64,000 bases of DNA from Eledone cirrhosa (GCA_964016885.1 OZ024753.1:7564001-7628000); one strand, 5' to 3'. Numbered from the stretch's first letter, positions 41,959 through 56,770 are shown. A program made the numbers and translations. Notes: a model not told the origin generated them from the letters alone.

Positions 41959-44501
41959 CATACATACATGCATAACTTCCACTTCTTCACAGACATCTGT
42001 CCAACTATGTGCTGAAACAACCATGAGCTCACGAATGGCCTTTTTACAGATATAACACACATAAGCCTCATTGATAATCTGAAATGCAACTTTCTCCTGA
42101 TGTTCCGCTTCCTTCATGTGCCACTGAGTCTATACAGCAGATCTACAATCGTTGTTACAAAACTGACACGAATGCATCTCAGGTCTTTCAGGGAAGAAAG
42201 ACATTTTCGTGCAAAGTCAATTTTTATTTTATTTACACATTGTGAAATATGTTTCTAATGATACTAAAAATGTAGAAATGTGAGTCAGAAATTACGCCAG
42301 AATTACGTGTGTTAACAAAGAGAAAATATGAAAATATTTCAAGAGATCTCACAGCATCAGGAATATGGAAAGTGTGATAAGTCTTCGCTAAATTGGCTGA
42401 AGGGCAAGATCCACTCCCAATTTCATTGTCTAGATTTCAATGAACTCAGCCTCGAGATGTTGCTTATCTCCCTTGCTTGCTCTTCATTATCTGAACAATC
42501 TTAAAGTGAGTTTCCATCTGGTTATTGTGAAGGTGTATTTAGTTGTTTGAAGTATTTTCACACTCACCATATTCAGAATGCAAGAGTCAATTTGTAAGTT
42601 TACACATTATATAGAGAGGAGGTTGCATATATGTGTGTGTGTGAGAGAGAGAGAGGGGGAGAGAGAGAAAGGGTGGGTAGGGGGAGGGGGGGGGGAGAGA
42701 AATAGTGTGTATGTTTGTATTTAATGTTTGTTTATGTCCCGTAGCATAGCAGTTCTAAAAATGCATACATGGTTCAGTAACTCGGCGGAGCCCAAACATT
42801 ACCACGTCTGAATACAGCAGATTTCTTGCAGAGAAGGATAGAGAAGAGTGAAAGAATGGAAGTAAGAAAGAGATATAGAGGGAGAATTAACCCCAGTTCG
42901 TGACTGGTACTTTATACCAATAGACCTCTCCTGGTCTGAATACAGCAGATTTCTTCCAGAGAAGAATAGAGAAGAGTGAAGGAATGGAAGTGAGAAATAC
43001 ATATAGAGAAAGAATAGACCACAATACTACAATGGTACTTTGTTATCGACCTCAAAAGGATAACAGGCAAAGTTGATCTCGCCGAGATTTGAACTCAGAG
43101 AGCAGAAAAGTCGAAACGAATACTGCAAAGCATTCTATCCGACGATCTAACGAATCTATCAATTTGCCGCCTCCTAGTTCCATAAATAGAGATCGATAAA
43201 AGAAGTAGGTACTTGGGTCGATATGATTGAGTAAATCTTTACAAGGCTGAGCCCCAGCATAGCTGCAATCTAATGCCTAAAACAAGTAAAACAATAAAAG
43301 AATAAGAACACATTTAGATAAGAAAGAAGATCTCTGCTAATGACTGTAGTTTTTATTCATGCATATGAACCTGTAAGGTAATGCTTGATATATTATCACT
43401 CACAGACATAGGTTTTAGAATAATTAATGTATCAAGAAGGGTTGTTTGCTAGGAAGTGTGAAATTTTATGTTTAAAATGTAAGACAGATATGCAATTTCA
43501 ACATTTGATTTAGTTTTTTTACCTCCATTTTGTTTTTTTGATGAAGGCCGGGGAAGCAAAGGGTTGCGAAAAGTTGTATATTAAACATGGAATATATAAT
43601 AATTTATGGCACCAGAATTTAGCTTAAGAAGAGAATGGTGGAGGGTCAGAGAGAAAAGGGGGTTAGGTCATGGTTTTGTGGGGTTGTGTATGTGTGTGTA
43701 GGCTTTTGCATGTGTGTGTATGCGTGTGAACGCGTATGTGAATGTGTGTGTGTATGTGTATATATGATTGTATGTATGTGTATTTATAAGTGTGTCAGTG
43801 TGTCTGTGTTTATATGAGGGTATGTGTTTCAGTGTGTGTGTGTTTTTATGTGTGTGTGTCAGTATGTCTGTGTTTATATGAGCATATGTGATTCGGTGTG
43901 TGTGTGTGTGTGAGTGCCAGTGTGTCTGTGTTTATATGACTGTATGAGTTTGTGTGTGCCTGTGTTTACATGACTGTGTGTGTGTGTGTGTGTGCGTGTG
44001 TGTGTGTGTATGTGTGCCAGTGTTTACATGAGTGTATGTGTGTGGGTCTATATGTGTATGTGTTTGTGTGTATGTGTGTGTGTGTGTATGTGACAGTGTG
44101 TCTGTGCCAGTGTTTACATGAGTGTATGTGTTTGTGTGTGTGTATGTGTGCCAGTGTTTACATGAGTGTATGTGTGTGGGTGTATATGTGTATGTGTTTG
44201 TGTGCGTGTGTTTGTATGTATGTGTGTATGTGTGTGTGTGTGTATGTGACAGTGTGTCTGTGTGTTTTCAGCTAGGTTGTAAACGTCGAGAGAATAGAAA
44301 TTCACCATGTGACAAACGCTATAAAATGGCGGCCGATATATATGTGATAGACTTAATGGTATGTTTGCCTGGCTGATTTCCTGATTAGATATATGGATAG
44401 ATGGATATATGGATCACTGGAGTAATGAATTGATGGCCAGTTGACTAACTGCTCAGTTAGCTACATGGCTGACTAGTTAGCTAACTAGTGGGTGAATATG
44501 A

Positions 44502-44581
<80 letters not shown>

Positions 44582-44906
44582 TTATTGCCTCCATGTCGTC
44601 AGATTGCGGCCATACTGGGGTGCCATCTTCATTTATCCAGTAGTTACTTTTTCAAATGTGATTTTATTATTTTATCGGACCCTGATTGTCGAAACACTAC
44701 ATCACAGGAGACAAACCTAAACACAAATAGTCACAAACATACGAACAAACACACGTGTGTGTATCCGTGTATGTATGTAGTGTATATATATGTATATATA
44801 TATGTGTGTGTGTATGTGCGTAAAAGGTAAACAGAAATAACAACACAATCGGTACAGTATATGGAAGGAATATATTAGGTTAAGGCTTGAAATAGCAGGA
44901 AGAGGG

Positions 44907-44942
44907 TATTGACGTTTCGGATATTTGTCCTTCATCAGAAAA
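44907..44942 (-). ncRNA. Minimal hammerhead, family C copy (GUC site, partly decayed stems)
   Basis: Minus strand: TTTT CTGATGA a GGAC aaat ATCC GAAAC GTC AATA. Confidence 0.55.
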
Positions 44943-45060
44943 AAGATTGGGAAATAAGAAAGATTGAAGGAAAGGGCGGGTTGGAATTGGAAAAAATGTC
45001 TGTAGATAAAAATAATAGGTCCATTCATGTTGACAGCTCTTATATTATTTTCATTTGCTT

Positions 45061-45162
<102 letters not shown>

Positions 45163-45351
45163 GGGGGGGGGGGGAGAGAGAGAGAGAGAAAGAGCCATAT
45201 ATATGACTCTTTCTTTATATATATATATTTTCATTTGGTTATTAAGACTCTGGATAAGTTTTATTGAGCTTGATTATTGAGAAACACAAAATTATAAACG
45301 TATTTGATACATTTTGACTTATCATATATATATATACATATATATATATGT

Positions 45352-45457
<106 letters not shown>

Positions 45458-45953
45458 ATAAGGAGTAGGAATGAGATATCAAAATAGAATCATTGTGTTT
45501 ATTATCGTGTGAAGCGCGTTTCGTGATCGATCAGCACAAGATAAAATCAGTATCGAGCGTTCCCGACTCTGGAATCGGTAACTCACCAGACTCGTGTCTT
45601 CTACCGATATTGCCAACCCACCGCCCTACCAGCTTTCTTATAATAAGTACTATTCAATTACTGTAATCGATCTTAATTTTAAACTTAATTAGAAAGCACC
45701 AGTTTTGTACTGGAGTCGATTTAGCCGACTTTTCTTGCCTCAAAATTGCTGGCCTCCGTCGAAATTAGAAAACGTTATTTTCCGTATAATCTAAAGAAAT
45801 AAACGGCAGAAAGTATTCTTATAGACACCAAGGGGAATGTGGCAGAGAAAACAATGATATCGTGTTATTGAGCCTGATGAGGACAAATAAGAAACAGTTT
45901 TATTGAAAACCTTTACAAAAGATATAGTATTATCCTCCACGCTAGCATGGTGG

Positions 45954-45993
<40 letters not shown>

Positions 45994-46587
45994 AATTATC
46001 ATCATCATCATCATCATCATATTTATCATCATCATCATCATCATCATATTTATCATCATACACCATCATCGTCATCACCATCATTATCACCATCCACCTC
46101 AACGCCATCACTATCATACACCATCATCATCATCTATTTACACTCAACCATTTAATATAACCAGCCTAAAGCATTTCTTGAGTCGTACCTGTGAATCTAG
46201 GAAGCGGTAAAACTAAGCCAAAAAAAAAAAAAAAAAATGTAAAAGAAAGAGGTATTTGTTATTTAACAAACAAGCCAAAGCTTATAGGAGGTTACGAAAA
46301 CTTGTCTTGTCTTAATTGACGCACTTGAAATGTTTCTCTGAAATCTATCGTCACGCAGAGTCTTAGCTTAGAAATGTGTGCTGTCATCGAAGAATTTAGT
46401 TGGGGAGACATAGAGGAGATGATTTAGAAGCAGTCGGATCAACGTCTTGAGAGATAACAAGAATTAAGCCGATAAAGACAAATGCATCAGTAAGATAACA
46501 ATTTCTACATAAGACATTCAACAACTGAAAAGCAATTTCACAGACTTAACTTTGGCGGAATACTAGAACGGAATAAGACGGAGTTTA

Positions 46588-47363
46588 ATGGTAACAACGA
46601 TGTTGATGATGATGATGATGTTGATGATGATGTTGATGATGATGATGATGATGACGATGATGATGGTGATGATGATGATGATGGTGGTGGCGATGATGAT
46701 GATGATGATGGTGATGATGATGTTGATGATGATGGTGATGATGGTGATGATGATGATGATGATGGTGGTGGTGATGATGGTGATGATGAAGATGATGGTG
46801 ATGATGGTGATGATGTTGATGGTGATGATGGTGATGAAGATGATGGTGATGATGATGATGGCGATGGCGATGATGATGGTGATGGTGATGGTGGTGATGA
46901 TGATGATGTTGTTGATGCTGATGATGATGATGACGATGATGATGGTGGCGATGATGATGGTGATGTTGATGATGATGATGATGGTGATGATGGTGATGAT
47001 GGTGATGATGTCGATGGTGGTGATGGTGGTGATGGTGGTGATGATGATGGCGATGATGTTGTTGATGTTGATGATGATGATGTTGATGGTGATGGTGATG
47101 ATGGTGATGATGATGATGTTGATGATGATGTTGTTGATGCTGATGATGATGATGATGATGATGGCGATGGCGATGATGATGGTGGCGATGATGATGGTGA
47201 TGTTGATGATGGTGATGATGGTGATGATGGTGATGATGTCGATGGTGGTGATGGTGGTGATGGTGGTGATGATGATGGCGATGATGTTGTTGATGTTGAT
47301 GATGATGATGATGATGATGAGCATGGTGGCGATGATGATGGCGAAGTTCACCCGAATTATGAC

Positions 47364-47397
<34 letters not shown>

Positions 47398-48570
47398 GTG
47401 ATAATGATGTTCACCCGAATTATGATGATGATGATGATGGTGATGGTGGTGGTGGTGGTGGTGATGGTGATGTTCACCCGAATTATGATGATGGTGATGA
47501 TGATGATGATGATGGTGATAATGATGTTCACCCGAATTATGATGATGATGATGATGGTGATGGTGGTGGTGGTGGTGGTGATGGTGATGTTCACCCGAAT
47601 TATGATGATGGTGATGATGATGATGATGATGGTGATAATGATGTTCACCCGAATTATGATGATGATGATGATGGTGATGGTGGTGGTGGTGGTGGTGATG
47701 GTGATGTTCACCCGAATTATGATGATGGTGATGATGATGATGATGATGGTGATAATGATGTTCACCCGAATTATGATGATGATGATGATGGTGATGGTGG
47801 TGGTGGTGGTGGTGATGGTGATGTTCACCCGAATTATGATGATGGTGATGATGATGATGATGATGGTGATAATGATGTTCACCCGAATTATGATGATGAT
47901 GATGATGGTGATGGTGGTGGTGGTGGTGGTGATGGTGATGTTCACCCGAATTATGATGATGGTGATGATGATGATGATGATGGTGATAATGATGTTCACC
48001 CGAATTATGATGATGATGATGATGGTGATGGTGGTGGTGGTGGTGGTGATGGTGATGTTCACCCGAATTATGATGATGGTGATGATGATGATGATGATGG
48101 TGATAATGATGTTCACCCGAATTATGATGATGATGATGATGGTGATGGTGGTGGTGGTGGTGGTGATGGTGATGTTCACCCGAATTATGATGATGGTGAT
48201 GATGATGATGATGATGGTGATAATGATGTTCACCCGAATTATGATGATGATGGTGATGGTGGTGGTGGTGGTGGTGGTGATGGTGATGTTCACCCGAATT
48301 ATGATGATGGTGATGATGATGAAAATGATGATGACGTTTATAATGATGACAATGTTGATGTTGACGACGGCGACACTAATGAAGATGATGATGATGATGA
48401 AAATGATGATGATGATGATGATGATAATGATGATGATGATGACGATGATGACGATGAGTATAATATTGATAATGGTGTTGATGATGATGACATTATTGAT
48501 GATGTTGATGATGATGATCATCATCACCATGTGATAAAGACGATGGTGACAACGATGATGATGATGGCTA
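46588..48570. repeat. (ATG/GTG)n trinucleotide satellite with a 117-bp higher-order repeat
   Basis: TTCACCCGAATT marker occurs 17 times between 47347 and 48289, mostly at alternating 63/54-bp spacing. Confidence 0.9.
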
Positions 48571-50873
48571 TAATGATTGTGTTGATGATAATCTTAAGTT
48601 TCCTTTTACTATTATTCTTCGCCATCCTCTCCCTCCTCACTTCATCTTCTACATCCTAATCTCCCCCTGATTGCTATAATCCCACTTTTCCCCTCAATCC
48701 TATTTTTGTTTCAGCAACAGAGACTTCTTTCCGCCATATTTACCAGCTTCTATAACAGATATTACGACCCACGTGACCTTACGTCATTCTCTACTAAGTA
48801 ATACTTCATTTTTTTTTTATATTTCCATTACATATAATACGACAAAGGAAAAGAGTTCTTTTTTTCTACACAATTAATAAAGCAACATTAAGTAATATGA
48901 AAATGCAGAAAACATTGCTGTTGTTAATGTTGCTGTCTTGTTCTTGTTTGTTTGTTTTTTGTGTTTTTTTTTTTACATTTTCAACCACTTAAGTGGGACA
49001 TTTAAACCTGCCAGAGCTCATCTCTTGTCCAGGTCGGAATACAGCCGATTCCTTCCAGGAGAGGATAGGGAATCGGGGAATCGAAATGAGTGAGAAAGAG
49101 ATATAGAGGAAGAATAGACCCGTGTACGCTCAACTAGTCAATATAACCTGCCTAAAGCATTGCTAGAGACGTACCTGTGAATCTAGGAAGCAGTAAAACG
49201 ATGTAAAAAATTAAAAGAATAAGAAAAGAGGTATTTGTTATTTAACAAACAAGCCAAAGCTTATAGGAGGTTACGAAAGCTTGTCTTGTTTTAATTGACG
49301 CACTTCAAATGTTTCTCTGAAATCTGTCGTGGCGCAGAATCTTAGCTTAGCAATGTGAATGGAAATGAGAAAGAGGTATAGATGAAGAATAGACCCTTGT
49401 ACTATTTGACTAGTACTTGTTTATTGACCTTGAATGGATGAAAAGCACAGTTGACTTCGGTGGGCTTTGAACTGAGAGAGCAGACACCTGAAACAAATAC
49501 TGCAAAACATTCAATCATCTGACGTTCTAACGACTCTGCTAATTCGGCACCGTCGATAAAACAAAGTACCAGTAATGCACTGGGATAATTGCTGGCCTTG
49601 TACCAAAAGTAGAAAATTATATATTGCGCTCATCATATAATCAAAACAAAAGTAAGGGCACATTGTCATATGATTGCCCAAGGTGATTGCCCGACCCTGC
49701 TGTGAAGTAGATCGCGGGATCCTCGTCTCCAGAACCCTAGAAACAATTAAACACCTCAATTCCCATGTTAAGGCCTCATTGTCATATCAGCCCGAGATGA
49801 TTGCTGGACCCAGGTCTCAAGTAAATTGCAGGATGCCTAGTCTCCAGACACATGGAAACAACTGCATACATGTACTGCTATGTTTCATATAGCAAAGTTG
49901 ACAGAGTGGATTAATTGATGCTTAACTTGAGGTTGAAATATTCTTAAGCGATCTATTATCTCGTCTATTGTTAGCGACCATTCACATGCAAGAGAGCAAG
50001 ATGAACTGCTACAATGAAAACTAAAGTATTCTAACACAGATATGTCAAGAGATATAAGAGGAATCAGATGGATATAAGAGGAATCAGATGTAGTGTGCAA
50101 GAGAGATGGTCGCACGGGAACAGACATAGGATGCATAAAGATGTTGGTTGTTGGGTAAAAAAAATGCCAAGATTTTCTCGTGGAAAGAAACTATAGTGAG
50201 AGCGACATAGTTATCTGGACAAGGCGCTAGTCTGTCACAATTAACATTTAAAAATATGAGAGACAAATATTTACCTGGACAGGGCGCGAGTCAGTCTCAA
50301 TTAACATTTAGAAATATTTGTTTCTACTTTTAGCACAAGGCCAATAGTTTCAACGTAAGTGGAAAGTCGACTACACCGACCGTAGTGGATTACTGGTATT
50401 TTACATTAAGTAATATTTCAAACATAAACTGCTCAATCGACAAATACCAGCAAGAACGTATTTGAGCGTTTCTAAAGTATGTTATTTTTAGTAAATTAGG
50501 AGAAAACTTAAGAAAAGAAAAACATGAACTAGAAACTTTTCATGTATATTTTAACAAATGAAGAGGCTAATGAATGCCTTCGGGTCTACAAAGTTTTAGA
50601 ACGATCCAATGCTGAGAAAATTAGTTTATTAAAGTAATCACTAATTAAAAATTATAAGCGCGTAAAGACGTTTTAATAGTATTCATATATCAAGTGTGAA
50701 TGGTTTCACTGCGAAGAGTTAAATCTCTGAAATGAGTTGCTACAGGGTTAGAAATCTTATCTTATATTAGACATACCATCCAGATAAATTGGTTTATTTA
50801 TTTATTCAGATTATTTTTATATTCCCACTCACAAACGCATAGATGTGTGTGTGTGTGAGTGTTCGTGTATATA

Positions 50874-50947
<74 letters not shown>

Positions 50948-51083
50948 AAAAGAGTCAGGACCCCGATGGCAGAGATCCAACCGTTTCGACAGCTAGATCC
51001 GAACTAGTTCGGATCTAGTTGTCGAAACGTCCGGAGCTCAGTATATATATTCATCTATGTATACACACACATATACATATATG

Positions 51084-51170
<87 letters not shown>

Positions 51171-51939
51171 ACGTATGTATGTATCTGTAAACACACACAT
51201 ATACACATGCTCATACACACAGGTTTGCTCGCTCACTGTTCGTTCGGCACCAGATGTTGTTGATGTTGATGTTGAGGATGATATATGAAAAATGATAATG
51301 ACTGAAATAGAATTAAATGAAATAGGATGAAAAACTACATCTCTACAATACATAAAGCATAAATAATGTACGAACGCTGGCTTTCATGGACATCTTGTTT
51401 TGTTTTATATATGTTCTCTTCATTTCCTGACGGATATAATCATTTGAAACGAAGCCTGAATGTTTTTCAGTGCGGTATTAGTTAGTTAGAGAAATTGAGA
51501 ATTTTATGGTCAAGTGTGGTGGTGATGTTGGTGTTGGTGTTGACTTGCGGTGGGAATACTAATATAGTATTATTGGTTGGAATAAGAATTGAACGTTTCT
51601 GAATTATATTCATTTCTTCATTTTTAAATTATTATTTTCTTTTTTTTTTTTTTTTCTTTAATAGGCACTTTTATGAAAGAACTCTAATTATATTGTTTTA
51701 GTTATTTTAGAAAAAAAACCTCATTCGCTTGTCAAATGGTGTTGATTTGATCGATGTCGTTTGGTGTTGTGTGGTGTATTTGTGTGTGTATGGTGTTTGT
51801 GTAGGAGTGTGTTTCTGTATATATAGAATCACACTCCTACACAAACACCATATATATATATATATATATATATCGTCAGTGGTGGTATTGTTTCCTACCA
51901 CTGACGATGTTGCAGATGTGCAACGAAAGAACGTTGATA

Positions 51940-51993
<54 letters not shown>

Positions 51994-52021
51994 GTGGTTA
52001 CACAACAGTTAGTTCAGCATA

Positions 52022-52061
52022 CCGAGAACAATTGTTTCACCTTCGCGGATCTTCAGCTCGG
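52022..52061 (-). ncRNA. Minimal type I hammerhead ribozyme, family D
   Basis: Minus strand: CCGAG CTGAAGA t CC gcgaa GG t GAAAC AATT GTT CTCGG. 5-bp stem I, palindromic stem III. Confidence 0.65.
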
Positions 52062-52071
52062 GATGTGTATA

Positions 52072-52212
<141 letters not shown>

Positions 52213-52621
52213 CGAGTGGTAAGGTACCAGGTGGACCATAACTTACCAGAGTACTCGATACTTAGCATAGTAGAGTGGGTAATAGGAATCGAGTCAGGGG
52301 TCCTGACACTTTTCATTATATATATATATATATATATATATGTAGAGGTTATATTTAATTTGTTGGGATACAACAAGCAAAATATTTTTATAACTGATAT
52401 AAAGCACTCAACAAATTATTGGAGTAAATATCCTGGAGAGTCCAACCAGAATGGTTACTTTTTTAAGGGTATGTCAATATTTATTTATAAAACTAACCTA
52501 TATTATATTTTATCTGATGAAAGCGCACCATAGTTTGCTCTGGTGGCCCTTGAAATATGTATAATGAAATAAATATGGTTTTATAAATATAGTTTCCGTT
52601 TATTAATATATTGTATATATA

Positions 52622-52812
52622 AGGGCGGTGGATTGGCAGTATCGGTAGAGGGTCAGACACCATGCTTTCCAGCATAGTTACGTCCCTTTACGATCTGAGT
52701 TCAAATCCCGCCGAGGTTGACTTTGCCTTTCATCCTTACGAGGTCGATAAAATAAAGTACCAGTAATGCACTGGGATAATTGATGGCCTTGTGCCAAAAG
52801 TAGAAACAATTA
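52622..52812 (+). mobile_element. SINE family 1, full-length
   Basis: GGGCGGTGGATTGGCAGTATCGG...GAGTTCAAATCCC...GTCGATAAAATAAAGTACC. Confidence 0.8.
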
Positions 52813-52816
52813 ATAT

Positions 52817-52868
<52 letters not shown>

Positions 52869-53449
52869 ATATTAATAAATGGAAACTATATTTATAAAAC
52901 CATATTTATTTCATTATACATATCTTTATTATATATATATTTATTTCATTATATATATATATATATATATCCAGGGGAGTGTAACGCGAAGTTACTGCAG
53001 GTTCATTACTACAACAGAGGTCCGACAAGCTTTTGATTCCCGAGTCGGGTCAGATCGATACAGATCGAACCTTGAGCTGATGGAGATCGTAACGCACGTC
53101 ACCAATTAATAAACGTAATGAAGTAATTTTATTTTGAAACAGCGAGTTTGAAATTAGAAATAGAAGCTTTCGCTGTATTTTTGACAAAATAAATTTTAGC
53201 CTGATAGTGGGGTTTAGAACCCTCTAAGAAACGGAGAAAGATATGAGTATTGGCGTACATTGTGTGTGTGTGTCTGTGTTTATGTAAACATACATACATA
53301 TGTTGTTATACTTGGGGAGGGTCATATTTGTGTAATATTGCCAGAATTAATAACAGAACACACTCACTGTTCGGTTGGTTTTCGCTTCTCGCTGTCTTTT
53401 ATATCGGTAATCTAACTTACTCGGTCCTCAATGTTACCATTGACTGACC

Positions 53450-53710
<261 letters not shown>

Positions 53711-53725
53711 GCGTGTGTATACATA

Positions 53726-53938
53726 AGGCGTGTGGCTGAGTGGTTAGATAATTGAATTCGCAATCGTAAGGTTGTGAGTTCGATTACTGGACCAGGCGAT
53801 GCGTTATGTCCTTGAGCAAGACACTTTATTTCACGTTGCTCCTTCTACCTGGAGTTGCGACCGATAGATAGTATTAGCAATTGGAAAGACCAACGGAAAC
53901 ATTGTTCCCTCGGTCGATTTGACGAAAGTCGATCGTTC
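53726..53938 (+). mobile_element. SINE family 2, full-length
   Basis: A and B boxes plus TGTCCTTGAGCAAGACACTT CORE-like motif. Confidence 0.75.
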
Positions 53939-54534
53939 CTTTATACATATATATATACATATATGTACGTGTGTGTGAGTGTGTACGCACACACAGATAC
54001 ATTCCTAAATATATGAACATGGGTTCATTGATTGGTAGAATCGTTAGAACATCGAACACATTGTTTTTGTGTTCTGAGTTCAAATCCCAGCGAGGTCAAC
54101 TGTACCCCTGCATCCCTCCATGTCGATCGAATTTCAAATCCCAGGAGAATATTAAGGACAAATCGAAACTGGAATCGAATAGGATACATTGTGCATCCTA
54201 TCTAATCCAGGGACTTCTCCCACCTATTGAAGGAACCTCTTCCTGGTTGACCTTCACTGTATTATGTTTGGTTTCGGTCAGGTCTTCAGGGGTGTAGTCG
54301 TACTCATCACGCTTACCCAGTTGGAGGTTGGTGGAGCTATTTAACTCATAGTTGTGGTAGATGATTCTTGACTCTGCGGAGTTCATCCACCCGAAGAGTT
54401 CACCAAAAAAAAAATTGCTTTAAATTATATCCAATATGGCCATATAAAGTTACTGAAGGTTGAAAAGCTTGCTCAAGATATTATCAGGCTCGGATTAAGA
54501 ATTACTAGAAGACAATTGAAAATGGATGATAAAT

Positions 54535-56178
54535 TGCGGCATCAAATCACAGACTATGCTGCAGCACCTCCTGATATGTCCCCTGTTGGAACACCCCTGT
54601 CCAGCATTGGACTTGGCAGAGTTTAATGAGAAAGGACAGCAATGTATTCAACTGTGGCGGAACCACATCTAGCCAAGCTTTGTAACTGACACTCTTGTGG
54701 ACATAAGAAGAAGAACTGTACATTAGATAATGTAGTCCTAGATACACTATGTCTGATAGCTACTAATACTAACTACTGTACTGTACATTAGATAATGTAG
54801 TCCTAGATACACTATGTCTGATAGCTACTAATACTAACTACTGTACTCTACATTAGATAATGTAGTCCTAAATACACTATGTCTGATAGCTACTAATACT
54901 AACTACTGTACTCTACATTAGATAATGTAGTCCTAGATACACTATGTCTGATAGATACTAATACTAACTACTGTACTGTACATTAGATAATGTAGTCCTA
55001 GATACACTATGTCTGATAGCTACTAATACTAACTACTGTACTGTACATTAGATAATGTAGTCCTAGATACACTATGTATGATAGCTACTAATACTAACTA
55101 CTGTACTGTACATTAGATAATGTAGTCCTAGATACACTATGTCTGATAGCTACTAATACTAACTACGGTACTCTACATTAGATAATGTAGTCCTAGATAC
55201 ACTGTGTCTGATAGCTACTAATACTAACTACTGTACTCTACATTAGATAATGTAGTTCAAGATACACTATGTCTGATAGTTACTAATACTAACTACTGTA
55301 CTGTACATTAGATAATGTAGTACTAGATACACTCTGTCTGATAGCCACTAATACTAACTACTGTACTGTACATTAGATAATGTAGTCCTAGATACACTAT
55401 GTCTGATAGATACTAATACTAAATACTATACTGTACATTAGATAATGTAGTCCTAGATACACTATGTCTGATAGCTACTAATACTAACTACTGTACTGTA
55501 CATTAGATAATGTAGTCCTAGATACAGTATGTCTGATAGTTACTAATACTAACTACTGTACTGTACATTAGATAATGTAGTCCAAGATACACTATGTCTG
55601 ATAGTTACTAATACTAACTACTGTACTGTACATTAGATAATGTAGTCCTAGATACACTATGTCTGATAGCCACTAATACTACCTGCTGTACTGTTCATTA
55701 GATAATGTAGTCCTAGATACACTATGTCTGATAGCTACTAATACTAACTACAGTACTGTACATTAGATAATGTAGTCCTAGATACACTATGTCTGATAGC
55801 TACTAATACTAACTACGGTACTCTACATTAGATAATGTAGTCCTAGATACACTATGTCTGATAGATACTAATACTAACTACTGTACTGTACATTAGATAA
55901 TGTAGTCCTAGATACACTGTGTCTGATAGCTACTAATACTAACTACTGTACTGTGTTGCAAAAGTCACTCTTGCAAAATGGGGATATTTAAAGGATGGGG
56001 ACGTGGTGTGACTGCGGCATCAAATCATAAACTACGCAGCACCCCCTGATATGTCCCCTGCTGTAACACCCCTGTAGAGCATTGGACTTGGCAGAGTTTA
56101 ATGAGAAAGGACAGCAATGTATTCAGCTGTGGCGGAACCACATCTAACCATGATTTATAACTGACACTCTTGTGGACA
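54535..56178 (+). mobile_element. TRIM-like element: ~170-bp direct repeats (TG...CA) enclosing a 65-bp satellite (~19 units)
   Basis: Repeats at 54535-54704 and 56013-56178; array about 54716-55955; purine-rich AAAGGATGGGGA just before the right repeat. Confidence 0.65.
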
Positions 56179-56534
56179 CGATAAGAAAATCGCGCATATA
56201 TTATAATAAATTATATTACCTTTATCTTCACAGCGCTTCGTCGCAGTATGAGAGATCGGATTTTGTTTAATTTCCAATGTTCTAATGTTATAAACTGATA
56301 ATAAAGTATATCGAACAGCTGCATGTATTTTGGACTTCTGTAAACAGGCAGTACAAGTTTCTTATCATCGCTTAGTAATTGATACTCGACTTTAGATTCG
56401 TTATTTGGAAATCTAACTTTACTTTGTAAGAAGGCTTTGAATTACGGAACTAGGTTTTAGTGATATGTACACATAAATCTCTCTTCAACTCTCTTCCGGT
56501 TCCGCTCTCTCCCCCTATCTTCGTGTACATTATG

Positions 56535-56641
<107 letters not shown>

Positions 56642-56657
56642 GTGTATAAGCACACAA

Positions 56658-56711
<54 letters not shown>

Positions 56712-56770
56712 ACATATGGATATATATACATTTATATATACATGCATACAAATATATATATACAAATATA

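Noticed and set aside
46563-48534. 648-aa (+) and 655-aa (-) ORFs
   Set aside because: They are frames of an (ATG/GTG)n repeat that lack stops by composition (poly-M/V, poly-I/T). No domain or splice evidence.
53726-53800. tRNA gene
   Set aside because: A and B boxes are present, but there is no clean cloverleaf and the sequence continues into a SINE body found in four copies.
54198-54405. Short minus-strand ORF with a GKR motif (neuropeptide-like exon?)
   Set aside because: No AG acceptor after the upstream T-run, no signal peptide and no repeated peptides. A single GKR is expected by chance.
54716-55955. CRISPR-like regular arrays (65-bp, 43-bp, ~80-bp and 117-bp)
   Set aside because: No unique spacers, whole units are repeated, the context is eukaryotic and there are no cas genes.
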